Part shown: piece after piece, positions 26,364 to 39,750 of the stretch
How the letters are laid out: each line of letters starts with the position of its first letter
Numbering within the stretch: position 1 is the first letter of the stretch
From: Camelus ferus
Lineage: Eukaryota
Length of the DNA stretch: 64,000 nt
Direction of reading: 5' to 3'
Assembly (NCBI RefSeq): GCF_009834535.1
Contig: NC_045697.1
Location: 111,540,001 to 111,604,000, forward strand
Notes under the pieces: generated by a model
The model's database searches: none
Seen by the model: the letters and a program-made list of their open reading frames with translations, nothing else
What the model was told of the DNA's origin: nothing
Position numbers and translations under genes: made by a program

Positions 26364-27758
26364 AAAATTGCATTTAGTCCCCAATTTATAAGTAAGTCAT
26401 GCCCCACAAGTTTATCAATTGGCTGCATGACACTCCCTGTATATTTACTCACAGAAACAGTATAAAAAGTAGGTATAAACCACAATAGCAAAGAATACAA
26501 TATTACTATCTGACTCTGACCTCAGGGGGCAGTGGGTGCAGGGAAGGAGGAAGAAAGTTTCCTTCCTCTTTCTGGGATGTAGGCCTGGCCGGGGACAGAG
26601 TTTTGAAATAGGAAGTGTTTGTCCTTCACATTCTGCCACCTCTTTTGCACGTCTACATCTCAAAGCCCTAAAGCTGGGCCACAGCCACAGCCAGCTAGCT
26701 CTCTGCTCTGTGCACCCAGATATGATTCTCCACCCAGACCTGTCTTTCCTGCTAAGTGTTTCATCTTCTGAATATACCTACCCCACCACCCTCTCCCAGC
26801 ACACCTCTACCCAAGCTCCATCCCTCGGGACAGCTACTGTCAGTAGGGTCAAAAGGAAAGCCATCTCATTATTATTTCACATTAATAGTTAATAACATAT
26901 CACCTTCCAGGACAAATCTCTTTCAGAGGTATTTAAAGATTTAAGAGAGGCTGACTCTTATGCAGACTACATCTGTAATTGATGGCATTTCCAATGATAT
27001 AATAAATGAAGGGGAAAAGCAAAGGTGGCAGAGAGAAGAAATATGGGTCTCCTACAGTGTCCTTTTTGCAGCTGCTTCTTCCGTTATTTTAATACAAGGT
27101 TTCCCGAAAACCCCCAGTGGCTCAAATGTACAATGAAGACAGCACCTACCCTGCAGAGTTGCTGAAAAAAATTAATTAAGTTGGTCAACCATTCAACACA
27201 GTGCCTGGCTCATGACCCGACTAGCACATTAGCACTAATTCAAGGCTTTTTTTTCTTAGTTTGAACATTCAGTCCCATTACAATCAAATGTCAGGATTTC
27301 CTTTCTCACAGAGGACATTCTATCCAGGTCATTCACAATAAGAGTAAGGTTACTTTCTTATTGCATCAAATATTCCAAAAGTGAAAGATACAACCAAACA
27401 AACTGGAAAAGAACAAACAACATACAAATATGGGAAATATATTTGATACCTCACTAGTTATTAAATAAATGTAAAATAACAAGAAAGCATTTTATGATAA
27501 CTGATAAAAAAAATTAAACATTCAGATCAAAGTACAGTTAAGTTTGGACCCTAGCATATTTTTGCTGTCAGTAAACCAGTCAACTGTCTTAGAGAGGAAA
27601 TAAGCAATATTCATCAAGAGCTACAAAAATTATAAACGTTTAAAGCTTTTGACCCCGGAAGTATGTCCTGCAAATCTACTTTGAGAAAATAGTTCCAAGA
27701 ATGAAACAGGCTACATCCATGAATTCTACTTTAACGTTACTTACAAGAGTAGGGGAAA

Positions 27759-30700
27759 GATGGCGGAGTGGTAGGACCACGAGCGCGCCTCTCCTGGTGA
27801 CTACAACAAAACCACAACTGACTGCTAAACAACCATCGAAAAAAGACTGGAACCTAGCAAAAAAGACCTTCTTCAACTGAAAATATAAAGAGGGAACCAT
27901 AGTGGGATGGCAGGAGGGGCGTGTTCATGATATAATCAGGCCCTATATCCCCGTGGGTACGCGACCCACAAGTAGAAGAATAACTAAGTCGCAGAGGCCC
28001 TCCCACAGGAGTGACAGTTCTGAGCCCCAAAGTCAGGCTCCCAAGCCTGGGGTGCCAGCACTGGGAGGAGGAGACCCCAGGACGTCTGGTTTTGAAGCCC
28101 TGTGGGACTCCAGTCCAGGAGCCCCTACGACTGGGGAAAACAGAGACTTCAGTCTCTTGGGAAGCGCTTATAGAATCTTATGTGCATCGGATCCAAGGGC
28201 AGAGGCAGTGATTTCATAGGAACCTGAACCAGACTTGCCTGCTGGTTTTGAAAGGTCTCCTGGGGACATAAGGGACAGCTGTAGCTCACCCAGGGGACAC
28301 AAAAGCTGATGGCTGACATTCTGGGAGTGTTCATATATATGAGCTTTCCTGGAGGCTGACATCTTGACTGGATCATTTGCACCAAGACCCAGCCCCACCC
28401 AACAGCCAGTAGGCTTAAGGGCTGGGAAGCCTCAGCCCAAACAACATACTGTGTGGGAACGCAGCCCCACCCATTAACAGACTTCCTGAGCCCACAGCTC
28501 CCTTGAGACTCACTTCTAGACACAGTCCTACCCACTAGAGGGCCAGGATCCAGCTCCACCCAGCAATGGGCAGGAACCAACTCCTCTTGCCAGGAAACCT
28601 GCATAAACCCCTAGTAGGGCCTCATCCACCAGGGGGTAGACACCAGAAATGAGAAAACAACAATCTCAAAGACTGTGGAAGGAATCCACAAACACAGGCC
28701 AGACTCTACCCTGGGACTGGCTGGACCCTGGCCTTTGGGTGACCAGAGAGGAGAGTAATGCTGAGACTCACAGGACATCTCCTACACAGGGCCACCTCTC
28801 CAAGGTCAAGAAACGTTAACTAACCTACCTAAAAATACTAGTAGAAAGGTAAGACAATATGAGGTGGCAGAGGAATATCTTCCAAGCCAAGGCACAAGAA
28901 AAAAATCCCAGAAGAAGAAATAAGTGATGAGGAGATAAGCAATTTATCTGAGAAAGAGTTTAGAGTGATGATGGAGAAGATGTTCACAGAACTCAGGAAG
29001 AGTATGGAAGCACAGAGCAAAGTTTTTAGCAAAGAGTTGTAAAATATAAAGAATACCCAAACAGAGTTGAAGAATAAAATTACTGAAATGAATAACACAC
29101 TAGAAAGAACCAAGAATAGATTAAATGAGGTAGAAGAACAGATTAGTGAACTAGAAGACAGATTAATGGAAATCACTACTGCAGAACAGAAAAAAGAATG
29201 AAAAGAAATGAGGATAGTTTAAGGGAACTCTGGGACAACATGAAGCACACTAATATTCGCATTATAGAGGTCCCAGAAAAAGAAAAGAGAAAGGACCGGA
29301 GAAAATTTTTGAAGGGATAATAACCGAAAACTTCCTTAACTCGGGAAAGGAAACAGTCACCCAAGTCCAGGAAGCGCAAAGAGTTTCACAGGATCAACCC
29401 AAAGAGGAAAACACCAAGGCACATAGTCATCAAACTGACAAAAATTAAGGATAAGGAGAAAATATTAAAATCAGCAAGAGAAAAGCAACAAATAACATAC
29501 ATGGGAACTCCCATAAGGTTATCAGCTGATTTTTCAACAGAAATTCTACAGGCCAAAAGGGAGTGGCATGATATATTTAAAGTGATGAAAGGGAAAAACT
29601 TACAAGAATACTCTGTCCAGCAAGGTTCTCATTCAGAATTGATGGAGAAATCAAAAGCTTCGCAGATAAACAAAAGCTAAAAGAATTCAGCACCACCAAA
29701 CCAGCTTTACAACAAATGTTAAAGGAACTTTTCTGGTCACCAAACCACAAGAAAGAAAACAAAATGAGAGAAGAAGAAAAAAAAGATCTACAAATGATTG
29801 CTTTGGCAATTTGGGGTCTTTTGTGGTTCCATATAAATGTTAGATTTGTTCTAGTTCTGTCTAAGATGTCATGAGTATTTTAACGGGGGTTGCACTGGGT
29901 CTGTGGATTGCTTTGGATAGTTTGGCCATTTTGATAGTGTTAATTCCTCCAATCAAAGAGCGTATCTTTTCATTTCTTTGTATCATCTTCAATTTCCTTC
30001 ATCAATGTTTTAGTTTTTGGGGTGTAGGTAACCTTCTTGGTTAAGTTTATTTCTGGGTCTTTAGTTGTTTTTGATGCAATGGAAATGTTTATACCAGTTA
30101 TAAAATTCTGGTTTTTGAAATGCAAAAAAAAAAAAAAGTGAATGAAGGACTGAAAATGGCAAAATATCCTTCTTTTTTATGGGTGAGTTTTATTCCATTG
30201 CATACATGTGCTACTTCTTCTTTGTTCGTTCATCTACTGAAGTGCACCTGGGACGCTTCCATGTCTTGGCAACTGTAAATAGTACTGCTATTAACAGCAG
30301 GGTGTATGTATCTTTTTGAATTAATGTTTTTGTTTTTTCCCAGATATATGTCCAGGAGTGGAACTGCTGGGTCATATTCTATTTTTAGGTTTCTATTTTT
30401 AGGTTTTTGAGAAACCTCCATATTGTTTTCCATGGTGGCTGCACCAGTTTACATTCCCACCAACTGTATACAAGGGTTCCCTTTTATCCACATCCTTGCC
30501 AACATGTTTTTGTTTTTGTGTTCTTTTTGATGATGGCCATTCTGACAGCTGTGAGACGATGTCTTGTGATTTTCATTTGCATTTCCCTGATATTAGTGAT
30601 GTTGAGCAACTCTTCATGTTCCTGTTGACCATCTGCATTTCCTCTTTTGGAAAAATGTCTATTCAGTTCTTCTGTCCATATTTTAAATGGATTCATTGGT

Positions 30701-31357
30701 TGGTTGGTTGCTTTTTAATTGAAGTACAGTTGATTTGAAACGTTGTGTTAGTTTCTGGTGTCCAGCATGGGTGGACTTGGAGGGCATTATGCTAAGTGAA
30801 ATAAGTCAGACAGAGAAAGACAAATACTGTAAGATACCACTTACATGTGGAATCTAAAAAAATACAACAAACTAGTGAATATAACAGAAAAGAAACAGAC
30901 TCACAGATGGAGAGAAGGAACTAGTGGTTACCAGTGGGGAGAGGGAAGAAGGAGGGGTAATGAGGTGGAGAATTAAGAGGTACAAACTATCAGGTATAAA
31001 ATCAGCTACAAGGCTGTGCTGTACAACATGGGGAACACAGCCAATATTTTATATTAACTATAAATGGAGTATAACCTTTAAAACTGTGAATCACTATATT
31101 ATGTACCTGTAACATATAATACTGTACATCAACTAGACCTCAATTTTAAAAATACGATATTGTAAAATAAATACAAAAATTTTTTTAAAGCTAAAGCTCT
31201 AAACTGTTCTGAGACAATGAACAGTACATATATGTAAATGTTTTAAAATGTCAGTATATTGTATATATGTGCTTACATGCAATATATTGTATATGTGCAA
31301 ACTATCAATTTTACCTAATAAAACTGAAAAATGAAAAAAAAAGAACTACATTTAAAA
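27759..31357 (+). mobile_element. Composite L1: 5'UTR and ORF1 (+), inverted ORF2 pieces (-), 3' end (+)
   Basis: 14-bp direct repeat AAGAGTAGGGGAAA at 27745-27758 and 31358-31371. YY1 motif AAGATGGCG at the start. Degenerate ORF1 ~28859-29740. Confidence 0.8.
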
Positions 31358-33152
31358 AAGAGTAGGGGAAAAAACAAACAAGAGTTAACAATATGACAAC
31401 TAACTAAATTATGATAAACTGACATTAACAAAATATTATAATCAATGACAATGAAGACTAAAAATGGTTAAAAAACAAATATTTTTAAAATACTTGCAAT
31501 AACATACAATCATATTATAAAATTAAATGAATATTCAGCTTTAACCCATAATCATATTAGAAAAACTTTAATAGACATCAAGTTCCTTTGATCTCAGGGA
31601 ACTTTTTTAGCAAGACAATGCTGAACAAACAAAACACTGAACTTTCACACATGATTCATTTTTCCTAACACACAGCGGATGTAAGTAAAGAAAGTCGTCC
31701 ATGGGTCCTTTCAATGACAGCCTGGCTCCCTGCCCTGGCACTCACCAGTTTCATAGCTGGCAGCTTTGTATCTGGAACTAATCTTGTCTCTAAGCAGAGA
31801 GAACGTCTGGGCTCTAAGCAGCTCAACCCAGTGGGTGCTAGTTTACGCCAACACTGACGTGGCCCTGGGCACCGTGATGCCCTGCTCCCCAGACCCAGTT
31901 CCAGCCCACATGCCCCTCACTGCCTTGAACTAGGGCCCTTCTCTCAGTGGACCCGACTTCACTGTGCACTGACCCTTTCTCCCAAAGACTAAAATCCTGC
32001 CCCTGAGTCCCTGCCCAGAAGATACAGAATGCTTGTCCCCAGGTTCCCTTCCTCCCATCCTACCAGGACCTGCTTGGCTAGCTTCTAGTTCTCAAACAGG
32101 GCCAGCTTATCCTACAGACATTCCCTCATTATTCATTTAACTAATATTTATCAAGCTTCTAACTAACACTAATCACTAGTCTAGGTTCCAGGGATATGGC
32201 AGTGACAAAATGAACAAATGTACCAGCCATCCTAGAGCCTGGACTGTAAGAGGCAGCGCTTACATTTCGTAGGGGCACGTGGAGTCTCCATTGTGCCAGT
32301 ACTCCTGCCTTCACAGGGGTCTTCAGATCTCAGAGTCTGAAGTCCACAGGCACGAGAGGGCTCAGGAGCTGTAGATGTGAAGCCCCAACCTGTCACTGAG
32401 TTCCTGGAAAGCCTTAGGGGCAGAATGGAGTCAGTAGGAAGAGAATGGAGAATGGAAACTGTATCACCAGCTCTAGAGTCAGAGAATGCTGGTCCTGAAG
32501 GCTGGGCACGCGCCATCCCAGCTGTGCAACCCCAGAAAGTCACTTAGCCCCTCGGAGCTGCAATCCTCCGATTTGTGAAAAACAACCCTCAGTCCACGAT
32601 GTTGTAAAAACTAAACGAGGTCAGTACTTTGCAAAGTGACTGGAACACGGAAGGCAGTAGCCCCTTCTTCCAAAATGAATGTTTTATTCTATTTCTCTTA
32701 TTATTTATCAGAGTTAATCCACTTCCGTCTCCTCTCCTTTAGTCCCTACTCTAAAACGACTACAAGTCAAAAAACACGACTACTGCTCTCTCAACTAACT
32801 GAACATGCATTTCACTCCTATAGGTCAACACTCCCCTCTGTATCTCCATCAGATCCTCCAAGATTCTTCCTCTGCACAACCTCAGAATTTCACAAATAAT
32901 TAGGGAACAGACCATCACTGATTCCACATCCACCTTCCAAAACCAGAATTTAAACGATTAGATCAGCCTTTGGAGATTGAGGCATCTACCCGCTATCTAA
33001 AGAAGAAAATAGGGACTGACAAGTGCCATCATTAGGACTCAAAAACATGTTTTAATTAAAATTTAAGCAAGTTTAAGAGGCCAAGATAATCAGTTAAAGA
33101 ACAGAAGATATATATCTCTTAATACAGGGGGGCGAAGGACACCTCTGACTTT

Positions 33153-33280
33153 CCTTTTTCGAGGGGAGGAGGAGGTAATTTGGTTTGTTTGTTTATTTAA
33201 ATGGAGGTACTGGGGATTGAACCCAGGACCTTGTGCATGCTAGGCATGTACTCTACTACTGAGCTATACCCTCCCCCTAC
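33153..33280 (-). mobile_element. Vic-1-like SINE
   Basis: Reverse complement of the SINE head (GGAGGTACTGGGGATTGAACCCAGGACC...GAGCTATACCCTCCCC) plus tail. Confidence 0.88.
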
Positions 33281-34897
33281 CCGGGACTTTTCAAAAGTGC
33301 TGCATGGATAATATTTACAACTATGGATGATAATCACCAAATTAACTGCCAAATATAATTGTCAAAATAGTTTACATTCATTGTTTCCTTTTTCTGTCAG
33401 TCACTTGGTCTACACAAAAATAACCATTCAAACCATTACGGATACAGGATTGGATTAAACTTTCATTCAAACATGCCCGAAAACCAAACATTTTTAAATG
33501 AAGAAAAAAGTCTTAATATGATCAATTTGAGAGCTCCTTGGTAACAAGGATTCATTATTCTTCCACCAACAAATATTTCTTCCTCCTTCCAAAATCTGTA
33601 ATGTTGATAAAAATGGGGGCGTCTTAATCCAACCATCACTGTTAAGTAGGTATCACAGAATAGTTAACGGGGAGCAACTTGACATGTGTAGTAAAATGAG
33701 TAAGGCTTTAAGCAAGAGCTCTATCTTCAAAAAAAAAAAACCTGGGTCATATGGAGACTCCCTCCTCTCCCACTCCTTCCTGTTCTGTCCTCTCCTCCCT
33801 CTTACCTTCTTGACTTTTCGTCTATGCTGCTCCTTTTTCATCTCCTTTCCAAATTGATTCATATTATTCAGAGGCTCCCAAAGATTACCAAATTTATTCC
33901 AATGGGATTTTTTTCAAGGCTGAAGTGGCCACTACTAATTTTTAAAATTTTTTTGGTTTTTTTTTTTTGCAAATATAATGCTAAGTCAAAGGACACATAC
34001 ATGCATGTGCGTGCATGCACACACACTCTCTCTGTCTCTCTCAAACACATACACACCACACACTCTTACTCCTTAGACAAACAGTTCTTTTCAGGGACAT
34101 GCTATATTTCATCAGAAATTATTCTACATTCTCTCATCTCAACCCTGTCTGTAATCAATGTTCATACAACATCTTCTAACTTTGTTTCTTAAAGCCTACG
34201 CTTGATATAAAAAGAGAGGTTAAGATCAAATTAAATTACTGCTGGACAATGAAAAGTGAGAAGATACTGGCAACATGCCTGATGCAAATGCGACCTCCCC
34301 ACACAGGCTCCAAACCTAAACACGAGGCAGAGACCACAGATCAGGAACAAAACCCACCTGGTAAGGACTCTGACTTATTTCTAACTTTTCTCATCCCTAC
34401 TCAACACTGCTCATAAGACGCTAACTCATAATCAGGGTAGAATCGGTTTTTTGTTCATCAAGATTAACAAGCTTGTATATTCCACATGAAGCTACTTAAA
34501 ACACGAATTGCAAAATGACTCAAACGTCTGGACATCTTCAAAGAGTATATATTTTAATGATATAAAGCCACAACAAATAACGTAATTACTAACTCTTCTG
34601 GAGTAACTAACTTTTCTCCAAACAAAAACTTAAAAAACCACCTCAAGTGTGATGTCCATCTAGTTTTATAGGATGTTCTAGCTCTAGATTTTCTCAGAGT
34701 AGCTGACCTCAGTGGCTTCTTCCATATTAAATTCTACATAAGCTATTCTGTACTCTTATATAGAGTAAAACAATTTAACTGGCATGATTGAAAAATGGAT
34801 GTTCTAACTGGTCAAATACTTTGATTAAAATTATGAGGATTACCAAGCTCTAACTTAAAGCATAATAAAATACAACTAAAATCAAAACTTAATTGTA

Positions 34898-35026
34898 GTG
34901 GGGAGGGTATATATCTCAGCAGAAGAGTGCATGCTTAGCATGCCAGAGGTCCTGGGTTCAACCTCCAGTACCTTCATTAAAAATAAATATGAACAAATAA
35001 ACCTAATTACCTGCCTCCCCCCCAAA
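34898..35026 (+). mobile_element. Vic-1-like SINE
   Basis: SINE head plus AAACCTAATTACC tail, TSD AAAACT(T/C)AATTGTA. Confidence 0.88.
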
Positions 35027-38000
35027 AAACTCAATTGTAAATAACTAAATTTTACAGTAAAAGAAATTCATCATTCATCATATTATTAATGATAATAAAC
35101 TAAAATTATCACTATTCTGGTAAAGTGATAAAATACTAGGTTAACAGAATTGCAGGTACTAGAACGTCAGATAAATTCACTCCCATGATAGGATTTCCAT
35201 TGTTATGACATAAACAACCACTAATCCTGAAAGTTTGATTCAAGATTTTTTTTTAAGTTTTAATCTGTGTTTTCCATGCACATCTGCCAAAACCCTTCAG
35301 ACATAAAGAACTTCCTCCCTATCTCTTATGAGAAACAGAACTTGAATGGAAAAACAGTAAGCCTTCCACAGACTCTGCTAGGAGAAGCATCTCCAGCCAT
35401 CACATGTCAAACCAATGCAGAAGGCTGTTTTAAATTAAAGATATAAAACAGTAATCACCCTAGAGGGCTGTCTCCACACTAATCCAAATATACAAGACTT
35501 GTCGGGTAGAGAGAAATCTATAGCAAACTAAGAATCTTTTTGGGGTGGAGGGGGTCACAAATGTATATCCTGATATAAAGAGTGAGAACATGAAGTGAGG
35601 GAAAGATTACACAAGCATTTTTTACCCAGTGATCCCAAATAATCTCAGTGAGCTCTTCTTCCTCATGGCCTCCAGTCTTTTCACTGCTGTTCCATTTCTT
35701 ACTTCTGCGTAACACTCATAGAGCACTTTAATATGTTTACGAGCTCTGCCTGGGACATTTTACAGCAACCTGTGAGGTATCAAAGCATTACTGGCCTCAT
35801 TTAATAGCTGCAAAACAGACAGAAATTAATGTCTTACTCAAGGTCACTCTTGAAGTCAATGGTAAATTCATGATTCGAGCTCTGAATTCTAATGGGACAG
35901 CTAGCCAGAGTCCACTGGCCCCTGAAGTTTTCTAGCAGAGCCAGTCAAAGGGCTCCTTATTATGTTCTGAGTTGTTCAGTAATAACTTAAATATGCAGTA
36001 TTATGCACTCACTTAAGTAGTTTTTTGCTAAGGTGACACTGCAAGCATTCACAAACCTGCTCAGATGTTTTGTTCACCCTGAAGATGACCCTTCTCCTGA
36101 ACTCTTTTGGTACTTGGGCAACTTCTCTATGTGTGGCTGAGAATAGAAAATAGTCATTCAATCAAGGTAACTAAAGGGTTGATCTGGGACATGACTGTAA
36201 CCAAGCTTACACCATGATCAAGTGTACAGTTATGGTCTCTGTCAGAAGAAATTACTTTTAACAGAAGGTGCAAAATGGTCCATGTTACTCAATTTCCATA
36301 TGGAGACAGACGAGAGTTCAAAACATTCAGCCCTCTGCCCTCTGGTAGGAATCCTGGCCTCAGTAAGCCACTGTGGCTGGTAGAGTCTGCCACATTCTCA
36401 GGTGCTTGAGGGCAGAAAAGGCAACTACCAGAATACAAAATATGCAGAAATGGGTCATCTGAAGAGCAGTTATTTGTCAGTTTTTCCAGGTGCCACACAG
36501 GGTGGAGGGACATTCGATTTGATGGCATTCAATCAATATTCCCATCACTAGAGGTGTGTGTGTGACAGTGCCATGGTAGTTCATTAGAGCCCTCCCTTAT
36601 CTATGGGAGGTACACCTTCCTTAATCCTCTGATTACTAATTCTATTACTTCGGTACCTAGATGCTAGGAATGATGCACGCTGGATATTGCACACATATAC
36701 ACAGTCACTAGAAACACCTGCTACCTGTAAAGTACTAGGCTGTGAAGCTCTCTGCACAGGGGTCTTGCCTGTCTACTTGATGTTGCATTGCCAATGGCTG
36801 GAACATTGTCTGGCATAAAACAGATGCTCCAGGAAATTTTAATGAACTATTACTGAAAACTGGAATTCATAAAGAGCAAACCATGCATAAAAAACACTAA
36901 AATGGTTACTAATCCTTATCTGAACTAGCCTGGTCTAGCTGCAGACCTTAAAAGCCTTACGTCTTCAAGTTCAGTCCAATTCAGTCCTAAACTAACCCTG
37001 ACCAAGACTACAAAGTTTATTAGGAGCCTAACCAGTGATTGTGGTCTGTAAGTAACCTCGCTGCTCTGAATGTGGGGTGCTCCCCAAAGCCCCCTCGTGC
37101 TTACCAAGCCACAATGTGAGCCCTTAAGCCCCACGGGACTGAGCATGGCCCCAAATTCTGAGTTTGCTGTCTGTTCCCTAAGGGGAATACAGGCTTTCCA
37201 CAAACCAGCTTACTCAGCTGTGGGTATTACAACTGCCTAGCCCTTACCAAGCCTCCCTCCAGACGAGCTAGAACCCAGGAGCTGTAGGCCTGAATCACCG
37301 CTCACTCAGGGCAGTGACCCGTGGATCAGAGACTGTCATCAGCCTAAGAGTAGGTACCGCCACCGCCATCACCACCAGGAGACTCCCGCTGCCCTGCCTC
37401 CTACAGCACCTCATTCAGCCTGAACTGGTCACTCACCCTTGAACATTTTAATGTGGATTGCATCCTACCCTCAATTAAAAAAATATTTACTGAGTGCCTG
37501 CCCCTCTAGACCAGCGCCCCTACTCCTAGCCCCATTCATTTCTGGCTCAGGCCTCCATCCCAAGCACGCTTCTAATTTATCCCTGCATATCTCACCTCCA
37601 TCCACATAAACCAGTTATCTAATCACCATGTTCCCATAAGCTCTTATATAAGAAAGAACAGAATTACATCCCCTTTTTCAGACAAGAAAATCAAGCTCAG
37701 AGAATTTGGACAAGGTCATATGGTATTTAAATAGCAAAGCCAAGATTCAAATCCAGTTTGTTAAGTCTATACTGTATTCATTATATGTTGTTCCCTGTTT
37801 ATTTTCTGTAGCATCAGGACCTAGCATAGTCCCGAGTACCCAGCAGATACTCTGTCAATGACTGTTTAACTGATAGGGTGTCTTCAATATCCATTTTAAA
37901 AATAAATACCCATCAACGGGATTCTCATTTCCATGTTTATCTACACAAAGCAGAAGGAAAGCAAAAGCATCCCTTGCCAACCTCTGCCTAACCTGCTCGC

Positions 38001-39384
38001 CTGACTGACCAGCTCTCCCTCACCCTCCGCACACAGACACGCTGGCCCGTGTCTGCCTCTCCAGCTGAGCTGCATCTTACCGACCATGCATGTTAGATTT
38101 ACTCCCAAATCTGTTTATGACACTTGCACTGGTTAGTGAAATTACATAATTTAAATAAATATGTGTAATCAAAGGAAATAAAGGAAATGTGAGTGTAAAA
38201 AGAGAGCTTTTCTATGGAAACCAAGTTGGTTACTTTAGAACAATTTGATCAATGTGTTACCAAAAAAACTTTTTTTTAATCAAATTAGACACATGAGGAA
38301 TGACAAGAGAAAGTGTATAATCCGAAGATGACTTTGCATTGAGATTTCTTTTCAGGTGCCGGAGGTCAGAGCTGATGCGTGGTTCGGTGTGGCGCGTGCA
38401 AGGAAAGCACGGGGCTTTGCACGCAGCTGGCCAGACCTACTTCCACAACAAAAGACTGGCCTACAACTGTAGTTATATGTTTCAGGTTAAAATAAAATAT
38501 CTAGGGTACACAAGTACTCTTTTTTCAACGGTTTCTCTACTTCAACAGGCTTTTTTGGATTAAGTGATCAACCATATCCACAGGCCTCCTACCGTGGGAG
38601 CGCCTCCTACCGTGGGAGACCCTCCCATAATGCCCTGCTTTCAGGAGCCCTCCTGGTAAAAGGCGACACAATGACACACTGCTGGCACTCCTGGTCTCAA
38701 ACAACAAACACCCTGCCCAACAGCACCAAGGAAACAGACACACTGAACTGAATTTTCTACCATATGGCCTTTGTGTTACACACTCTGGTATGTTTATTAC
38801 CAATAGTTAATTTTAACTATCTTTTGAAAAACTCTTGTGCAAATTCTGTTCCTTTTCTAAAGGGATGAGATTTTCTATCTAAAATAATTTCAGTTTATGC
38901 AATACATAAGTTTCATGAATTGTTTAAAAACCAACCATTCAAAATTATCAGATGCTTCTTAAATTCTGAGATGATAAAGTTCTAATGCAGAAAGAACTTC
39001 TGGATGAACACTCATATTAATTTTGGAATCAGAGCATTTATTACCTTGGCACTGTCTATTAACAGCCTTACTTCTGTTTTTCACACTTACATCAAGTGAA
39101 AAACTCTTATCTACTTTTAGCAAGCCAAAACAAATGCCCACAAACTGAGAAGTAAAAAATGCATGTAACAAAACCACAAATTTAGCAATGAAGTAAATGT
39201 TTTTTAAAAAATTCAAGATCCTTTAGGATTCTCCAAAATGTTAATCAACAAAACAAAAGAAGAAGAAATCTTCAATAATTTTTGGAAATTGAAAAAAATA
39301 TTTTTGGTTATAAATGTATTTTTATTCTTGAATGTACAAACTTTCTTTATAAGCAACACTAATGACAACTCAATAGCTGCTCTG

Positions 39385-39510
39385 TGACGCTGAACTAATT
39401 ACTTAAACTTCTTGAGCTTCCTCATTTGCAAAGTGGAGGAATTTCTGTCTAACATGATGGTAAATATCAAATGAGACAGATGTAAAATGCCTAGCACATA
39501 GCTGAAAATA
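39385..39510 (+). mobile_element. MIR fragment
   Basis: GCTCTGTGAC...TTACTTAAACTTCTTGAGCTTCCTCATTTGCAAAGTGG core-like sequence. Further MIR/L2 relics lie near 22500, 32480, 37660, 50880 and 57470. Confidence 0.65.
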
Positions 39511-39559
39511 AACCCATGTGGAAACTCCTTTTATATATACATACGGAGAGAGAGACAGT

Positions 39560-39750
39560 AAAGGATTCTTAACGGGGGGGGGGGGGGGGTTGGCAGGAGG
39601 ACTGGGGAGGGAACAACAAAGTACATAAATTCTCTGAAAGGGCATGCAGAACTTTGTGCATATAAGCTTATGTGCACTTGATTTGGAAAAGGGCCCATAG
39701 TTTTTCATCAGCTTCTCAAAGAAGGCCATGACCCCAAAAAAGTCTCAAGG
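39560..39750 (+). mobile_element. hAT-Charlie MITE (MER103C-like)
   Basis: TTCTTAAC...GGGCCCATAGTTTTTCATCAGCTTCTCAAAGAAGGCCATGACCCCAAAAAAG. Confidence 0.65.

Noticed and set aside
39574..39589. G16 run as a functional G-quadruplex
   Set aside because: It is a homopolymer expansion within a MITE relic. Its length is unreliable and there is no supporting context.
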